Source: an uncultured Planctomycetaceae bacterium (lineage in GTDB: Bacteria > Planctomycetota > Planctomycetia > Pirellulales > UBA1268). From it: a DNA stretch of 64,000 nt. The position numbers and the translations under genes were made by a program. Positions 58,748 to 64,000 of the stretch are shown here, piece after piece. The notes under the pieces were generated by a model, which was not told the origin of the DNA, searched no databases, and saw nothing but the letters and a program-made list of their open reading frames with translations. Within the stretch, counting starts at the first letter, position 1. Each line of letters starts with the position of its first letter. The stretch lies in contig CAJXFK010000002.1 of the NCBI GenBank assembly GCA_913052575.1, positions 1,746 to 65,745 on the forward strand. Reading direction: 5' to 3'.

Positions 58748-58965
58748 GTCATTGAGCCCAATGTGGCAATCGTATGGGTCATGAAGCCCCAGCCCCCCCG
58801 AGTTAACCCCGGGCTTTTCCACGAATTCTGGCTGATCTGTGAAACCAGGAAGACCAGGTAAGGCTGTTACGTCCTTCAATCTTTCTTGGGGTTGACCCCA
58901 ATTCACGGTCGCAGCTAATTCTCTCGCTTCAAACCGGTTGAACACGACTTCACAGGATTCATGGC

Positions 58966-61701
58966 ATGGCCTTGGCAAGCGGTTCCGAGCGAAAGTTTAC
59001 TTTCACTCTGATAACGCCGAAACAAAACTCTGCTGCAGCATTCGTCATGGCATTTGCTTTGACGACGCCAATGCTTGCGGCCGATGCACAGCCTGAGAAA
59101 ACTGTTGAAAAGACTTCGGCAACTGAGGTTCTACCGACACCTGAATCTCTGCCGATTGATGTCATTGCTGCAAAGCTCTCAGCACAGGTTGCAGCGCAAC
59201 AGCTTGAAGCAAAACGATTAGCTGAAAAGAATCCTCTTGAAGCGATTGAACTTCTCGACAGAACTGCTGAGGCCGTTGCGGCAGAGACGGCCCTACCCGA
59301 CGCAACACGAAAGCTACTTGGTCGACGCGTCCAACGAACACGTTTAGAGATCGAAGAAAATACTGGTAAGCGTCGTAATGAGCTTGAGCTCGACCGCCAG
59401 AACGCCATGATTGAACTAAAGATTGATAAAGATCGTGGCCGTAAGATTGAAGTTGACCAACGGCTTGCAACACTTGTCGAGGAATATAACACGCTCATTG
59501 ATGAGCAACGATTTGCTGAAGCCGAAGTCATTGCTAAAAAAGCTGCGAAGCTGTCGCCCGATAGTGTTGTTGCACGTCAGTTATTGAGTCAGAGCCGAGT
59601 GATCCGACGACTCGACACACAGAAAATGCTCGCTGGCAGTAAAGGAGATGCTCTTCTCGATGTCATAGAAGATACTGAAGCATCGAGCATGCCATTCGTT
59701 GGCCCGATTGAATTTCCAGAAACGCATGACTGGGAAGATCTCACCAAAAGCCGAGCTCGTCTTGCAGCAGAAGGTCGTTCGCAGATGTCTCCGGCTGAAA
59801 TGAAAATCAAATCGAATCTTTCCAATCAAATCGAGGCAAGGTATCGTAACCAACCTCTCACAGAAGTACTTGATGATCTCGCGAAGCAGGCCAAAGTACC
59901 GATTTATGTCGACCTCATTGGTCTGGAAGGTGAATCTGTTGGCACAGATACCCCGGTAACAATCGCACTCGACCAGACAATTTCACTAAAGAGTGCACTC
60001 AAACTCTTGCTGGAACCTCTTCACCTCGATTATGTCATTCGTGACGAAGTCTTAAAAATAACAAGCCCACAACTTGTGCAGGGTGAAGTCTACAGCGTGT
60101 CGTATCCGGTTGCTGACTTGGTCATTCCAATTCCAAACTTCTCATCAGACAATCTCGGGATCACAGGTGCGTTGCAGGATGGCTACTCCCGAATGGCGCC
60201 GACGCAAGCAAAGGTAGAGGTTGGTCCAACTCCGACTGGTATTACAAATGGAATGGGCACATCACCAACGACAAGCACAGGTGGTTCAAATCCCAATGTT
60301 CTCGCGCAACGCCAAGGTGGTTCTCTTGGTGGTGGATCATCAGCAACACCATCGCTGGCTGGTTCTGGTGGCGGGCAGGCTGATTTCCAGTCGCTCATTG
60401 AATTGATCACACAAACAGTGGCTCCCACAACCTGGAATACGGTCGGTGGCCCTGGTGCCGTAATGCCGTTTCAGACAAATCTCAGTCTCGTTGTCAGTCA
60501 GACACAGGAAGTTCATGAAGAGATTGCTGATCTTCTTGATCAGCTTCGTCGACTCCAGGACTTACAGGTCACTATTGAAGTTCGATTTATTACACTCGAT
60601 GACGCTTTTGCTGAGCGTATCGGCGTCGACTTTGATTTTAACATTCAAACAGGTATCAATCAGCCACTCAACATGACCGCTGTACCTACAGCAAGTGGAT
60701 CTCAGAGTCCTTTTTCACGAGGTATTACGGCAGCACCCGGTGGGCCGAGTCAGCTTATTGGACTTGATGCATTCGGACAGCCGGGCGTTTCTACGTTCAG
60801 CGGTGGCCAGCAAGGTGGTCAGACAGGTGGTCAGCAAGTCGGCCAACAAAGCGGATCAAGCTTTTTCTCTCTTCCTTTTCGACAAAACAGTTTTGGTTCT
60901 GGTACATATCCAGCATTTCCAGGTCTGCCGGACGTGACAGCATCGGCGGCAAACTTTGGCTTTGCGATTCTTTCAGATATTGAAGCCTACTTTCTGATTC
61001 AGGCTGCTCAGGGAAACACCCGTGGCAACATCATGCAGGCGCCAAAGGTAACACTGTTTAATGGCCAGAATGCTTATGTTTCTGATACGACACAGCGACC
61101 TTTTGTAACAAGTGTTGTCCCGGTTGTCGGTGACTTTGCAGCGGCTCAGCAGCCAGTAATTACCGTGTTGTCGGAAGGCACAAGCGTGAATGTTCAAGCT
61201 GTTGTTTCCAGTGATCGTCGCTTTGTACGCCTCACACTCGTACCGTTTTTCTCTGAGATCGGTCAGGTTGATGAGTTCCAGTTTGAGGGTGAGCGTTCAA
61301 CAAGTGCAAAGAGCAGTGACGAACAGCAGGGTACGCAAGCTGATACTGGTGGAATGCTTCCATTCCAGCCTGGTCTTTCGTTCCAGACACAGGGCAGCTC
61401 TGAAACAGCATTTAGTTCCAACGGCACGACCATCCAGCAGCCTGAATTCCGCTTTACGACAGTCACAACGACGGTCAGTGTGCCGGACGGTGGTACGGTG
61501 TTGATGGGTGGCATTAAGCGTATGCGAGAGGGCCGAAATGAATACGGCGTTCCAGTGCTTTCGAAAATTCCATATGTGAATCGCCTCTTTAAAAACGTTG
61601 GTATTGCCCGTACCACGCAAAGCCTGATGTTAATGGTCACTCCACGAATTATCATCCAGGAAGAAGAAGAGGATAAACTGCTAGGTGTCGAGCGGCCGTA
61701 G
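58966..61701 (+). CDS. secretin family outer-membrane channel protein (GspD/PilQ-like), orphan
   Basis: 911 aa with a signal peptide (AAAFVMAFALTTPMLAADA). It has an STN/N0-like domain (LTEVLDDLAKQAKVPIYVD...VIRDEVLKITS) and Gly/Gln/Ser-rich inserts. The C-terminal secretin signature is VPDGGTVLMGGI...GVPVLSKIPYVNRLFKN...LMLMVTPRII. Confidence 0.8.
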   Translation: MALASGSERKFTFTLITPKQNSAAAFVMAFALTTPMLAADAQPEKTVEKTSATEVLPTPESLPIDVIAAKLSAQVAAQQLEAKRLAEKNPLEAIELLDRTAEAVAAETALPDATRKLLGRRVQRTRLEIEENTGKRRNELELDRQNAMIELKIDKDRGRKIEVDQRLATLVEEYNTLIDEQRFAEAEVIAKKAAKLSPDSVVARQLLSQSRVIRRLDTQKMLAGSKGDALLDVIEDTEASSMPFVGPIEFPETHDWEDLTKSRARLAAEGRSQMSPAEMKIKSNLSNQIEARYRNQPLTEVLDDLAKQAKVPIYVDLIGLEGESVGTDTPVTIALDQTISLKSALKLLLEPLHLDYVIRDEVLKITSPQLVQGEVYSVSYPVADLVIPIPNFSSDNLGITGALQDGYSRMAPTQAKVEVGPTPTGITNGMGTSPTTSTGGSNPNVLAQRQGGSLGGGSSATPSLAGSGGGQADFQSLIELITQTVAPTTWNTVGGPGAVMPFQTNLSLVVSQTQEVHEEIADLLDQLRRLQDLQVTIEVRFITLDDAFAERIGVDFDFNIQTGINQPLNMTAVPTASGSQSPFSRGITAAPGGPSQLIGLDAFGQPGVSTFSGGQQGGQTGGQQVGQQSGSSFFSLPFRQNSFGSGTYPAFPGLPDVTASAANFGFAILSDIEAYFLIQAAQGNTRGNIMQAPKVTLFNGQNAYVSDTTQRPFVTSVVPVVGDFAAAQQPVITVLSEGTSVNVQAVVSSDRRFVRLTLVPFFSEIGQVDEFQFEGERSTSAKSSDEQQGTQADTGGMLPFQPGLSFQTQGSSETAFSSNGTTIQQPEFRFTTVTTTVSVPDGGTVLMGGIKRMREGRNEYGVPVLSKIPYVNRLFKNVGIARTTQSLMLMVTPRIIIQEEEEDKLLGVERP

Positions 61702-61743
61702 TGGTTGCCTCTGGTTTCACCTTTTCTTGTGGCAGTTTTTCCT

Positions 61744-62133
61744 ATGCTTAAATTATTCTGTGTCTTTGGTGCTCTTCTTGGATTTATCGGTGTCGCTGCT
61801 GGGTCTTTTGGTGCACACGGTCTCAAAGATCTTCTTGAGGCGAATGGGCATGCAGCAAACTGGGAAACTGCCGTGCGTTACTGTTTGTTTCATGCAGTTG
61901 TACTGGTTGCTATCTGTAGCCTTGCAAACGGCTCAGAGAATGGTGGTCTGACGACACTTCTTACAGTCGCTGCTGGGTGTTTTGTGGTTGGTGTGCTGAT
62001 ATTCAGTGGATGTCTTGGCGTGTTGGCACTCACCGGCATCCGTATCCTTGGGGCTATTGTCCCGATCGGTGGCGTCCTGCTGCTCATTGGGTGGGTAGCG
62101 CTCGCGGTCGCGATCTCTCGCCTTCGCTTCTGA
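61744..62133 (+). CDS. DUF423 family membrane protein (YgdD-like)
   Basis: 129 aa from the ATG at 61744 (the track ORF begins at a TTG at 61705). It has GSFGAHGL and four TM helices. Confidence 0.7.
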   Translation: MLKLFCVFGALLGFIGVAAGSFGAHGLKDLLEANGHAANWETAVRYCLFHAVVLVAICSLANGSENGGLTTLLTVAAGCFVVGVLIFSGCLGVLALTGIRILGAIVPIGGVLLLIGWVALAVAISRLRF

Positions 62134-62186
62134 ACTGACTTTGCTTCTAGAGTGACTTCGCTGCTGAAGTGGCTTCGCTACTGCAT
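62120..62186. repeat. 4-copy degenerate 16/17-nt tandem repeat (consensus tGaCTTCGCTnCTGaag)
   Basis: The copies are GCCTTCGCTTCTGAAC / TGACTTTGCTTCTAGAG / TGACTTCGCTGCTGAAG / TGGCTTCGCTACTGCAT. The array starts in the last codons of the DUF423 gene and fills the convergent intergenic gap. Confidence 0.7.
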
Positions 62187-62193
62187 GAGTTGA

Positions 62194-62694
62194 TTACCAG
62201 CCACACGTTTCCGGTGGCAGCAGACTTTCGCCGTCACCCGACTGACCTCGAGCGTAGGCATGCGCACGGAAAACGTTCGCTGAAACAAAAACAGCGGCAC
62301 GAGTGAGCTGAATCACACACACATTTTCATCCGCAAGAAAACATGCCAACAGCTGATCAAATTCAACCTGCGGGCAGCAGCCCTTCAGTTCAACAAAGAG
62401 AATGTTGTCGTTTTTTTCATAGAGATTTCCATTCACCTGCCAGCGAATGTTTTCATGAGGACTTGTCCAGACAAAGGAGCCGTCTGGTTCAGCGAATAAT
62501 CGAGGGAGGGCTCCAAGTTTGTTGATCGCATCATCAAACTCAGTGGGTAGAGGTTTGCTCAACTGGTCTTGAGACACGAGCAGCGTTGGCCACTGGCCCC
62601 ACTGATCGACCAACGGGGTTTCGGCTTCTTGAGAATCATTGCTGGGTCGAGCATGCAGAGAACACTCAAATGCATACATGGTTTGATTTGACAC
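62194..62694 (-). CDS. hypothetical protein (166 aa)
   Basis: This ORF lies 2 nt downstream of cutA on the same strand. I recognised no motifs. Confidence 0.5.
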   Translation of the reverse strand: MSNQTMYAFECSLHARPSNDSQEAETPLVDQWGQWPTLLVSQDQLSKPLPTEFDDAINKLGALPRLFAEPDGSFVWTSPHENIRWQVNGNLYEKNDNILFVELKGCCPQVEFDQLLACFLADENVCVIQLTRAAVFVSANVFRAHAYARGQSGDGESLLPPETCGW

Positions 62695-62696
62695 AG

Positions 62697-63050
62697 CTAT
62701 TCCCTTGTTAAAGTCTGTTCAGAGACCCAAGAAGCATAGGCTGTACTTGCATTCGCGTTGAGCACGACGATTTCTGGAAGGTCGTAGGGATGTTGTTTTT
62801 GTAGAGCCGTGACGCATCCATCGAGAGCCTGTGAAGATGTTTTGACGAGCAGACGAAATTCATCGTCAGCCTCTATTTCACCCTTCCATTGATAGACACT
62901 GCGTATCGGACCATCAATTTGCACACAGGCAGCATGCCGGTGCTTGACGAGGTGCTGTGCACAGGTCTCTGCCGTAGCACGGTCACCGAATGTTGATAGC
63001 ACAAGAAACACGTTAGCAGTGTCGGCAGTGGCATGGTGATCTTCTGACAT
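62697..63050 (-). CDS. cutA: divalent-cation tolerance protein CutA
   Basis: 117 aa from the ATG at 63048-63050. The pattern AACVQIDGPIRSVYQWKGEIE...LLVKTS...HPYDLPEIVVL...YASWV is typical of CutA1. The longer track ORF (to 63113) would overlap the upstream gene. Confidence 0.8.
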   Translation of the reverse strand: MSEDHHATADTANVFLVLSTFGDRATAETCAQHLVKHRHAACVQIDGPIRSVYQWKGEIEADDEFRLLVKTSSQALDGCVTALQKQHPYDLPEIVVLNANASTAYASWVSEQTLTRE

Positions 63051-63066
63051 GGGCTGCCTGCTGCAC

Positions 63067-64000
63067 CTAGGCTGCTTCATTTGGTCGTGGAAGCATGCGT
63101 GCTGGATGACCAACGACTGGGCCTTCCGGCTGCCATGTGACGCCTGGACTCATTGCGGTAAAGTCGAGTGGTTCAACACGCTCACGCTCTCCACTATGTA
63201 TGACATGCAGGCATCGTGGTGTGGCTGTCTGTCGTGGAATGCCGAGCGGCTGAACCAGTGAGACGCCGATTGTGTCTCCGTGCACGATACCCCCTTGTAT
63301 GGCAGATACCGCAGGCTGCCCGAGGCAGTGGCAGGAGAGCGTCTGGCCCCAGGCACGTGTGGCAACAGGTTCATCGAGATGCCCGAGTATCAAACCAGAG
63401 AGGGCTGGCTTGCTGCTTTCTTTTGCAGCTGGACCGCACAGATCGGCAAGGAGGGCGGCTGCCTGATCTGGCGGTGCAGGGTTTTCAAGTGATGATGCAA
63501 AACGGCTGAGGAAATCAAAGTGAGCAGGGACATCCACCTGATCACGTTGGGCTTCTCGCTGCCATGTGGAAACGCACCGCTGCCAGCAGGTGGCCAGCTT
63601 TTCTGCATGGGCTTTGTCACCTGCTGTGACACGGGGCAGCAGTCTGTGCCAGAAGGCTGCTGAAACGTCGAGGGGGTGACAATCAGCGAGCAGGCGGAGC
63701 GAACGGCCGAGGGTTCCTTTTGCTGCTGGCATGAATTCAGCGACATGCATTGCAAACGGTGCAAAGAGCCTGGCGTACATTGACTGAATCAGCGTGGGCC
63801 CCTGGTGATGGTCACTGGACTGGTTCTGCAGGGGGTCGAACCGTTGGCCATGTTCGACCTGCCAGTTTCCAGCTGCCCAGCTGTGAGCCCAGTGGACGCC
63901 CTGCGGCCAATCCTGTGGTGGATCGAGGTAGCCGTCTCGATCTCCGGAGAGCAGCGTCACGCTCACCGGCACAGCGATTGGGTGTCGCAGGTGTGGACGC
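63067..64000 (-). CDS. hypothetical protein, GC-rich gene, probably truncated by the window end
   Basis: The track ORF is 63067..63972 with a GTG start, but the frame stays open to position 64000 (…RPHLRHPIAVPVSV…). I found no confident motif; there are only weak metallophosphoesterase-like patterns (GDRDG, GNWQVEHG). Confidence 0.5.
   Translation of the reverse strand, partial: RPHLRHPIAVPVSVTLLSGDRDGYLDPPQDWPQGVHWAHSWAAGNWQVEHGQRFDPLQNQSSDHHQGPTLIQSMYARLFAPFAMHVAEFMPAAKGTLGRSLRLLADCHPLDVSAAFWHRLLPRVTAGDKAHAEKLATCWQRCVSTWQREAQRDQVDVPAHFDFLSRFASSLENPAPPDQAAALLADLCGPAAKESSKPALSGLILGHLDEPVATRAWGQTLSCHCLGQPAVSAIQGGIVHGDTIGVSLVQPLGIPRQTATPRCLHVIHSGERERVEPLDFTAMSPGVTWQPEGPVVGHPARMLPRPNEAA

Overview
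The window is mostly chromosomal housekeeping DNA, gene-dense and on both strands. It most likely comes from a member of the Planctomycetota. The basis is a four-gene operon of planctomycete-type families (PSCyt1 cytochrome-WD40, DUF1549/DUF1553 'PSD1', DUF1501 with a Tat signal) plus a large orphan secretin. I support about 53 protein genes and one tRNA-Ala(GGC). I saw no rRNA, CRISPR array, transposase, integrase or prophage genes.

Recognisable core genes:
- DNA metabolism: ligA, a uvrC-like gene, a family-4 UDG, scpB and a DEAD-box helicase.
- Translation and RNA: miaB, fmt-def, der and a CCA-adding enzyme.
- Metabolism: glnE, pgpA, ald, mtnA, two phosphohexomutases, cutA and a three-subunit sdhCAB operon.

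Main points of interest:
1. A microbial rhodopsin with a D-T-K helix-C motif (Lys at the proton-donor position, as in Exiguobacterium sibiricum rhodopsin). A Brp/Blh beta-carotene dioxygenase gene follows it, and a perfect 15-bp-stem hairpin separates the two.
2. The DUF1501 / dual-PPC protein / PSD1 / cytochrome-WD40-coiled-coil operon, whose function is unknown.
3. Several uncharacterised modules that look co-transcribed: an FAD oxidase, an unknown protein and a DUF1624 membrane protein; an HTTM-like protein with a partner; and twin membrane-anchored helical proteins.
4. An orphan beta-class DNA methyltransferase, a MnmE-like GTPase without the CIGK tail, and a UvrC without the HhH domain.
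5. A PAS-GAF-REC regulator next to an orphan secretin.
6. Small intergenic direct or tandem repeats and palindromes that could be regulatory sites.
7. A sharp rise in GC content over the last ~0.9 kb.

All functional calls come from reading motifs in the translations by eye. No database search was run.
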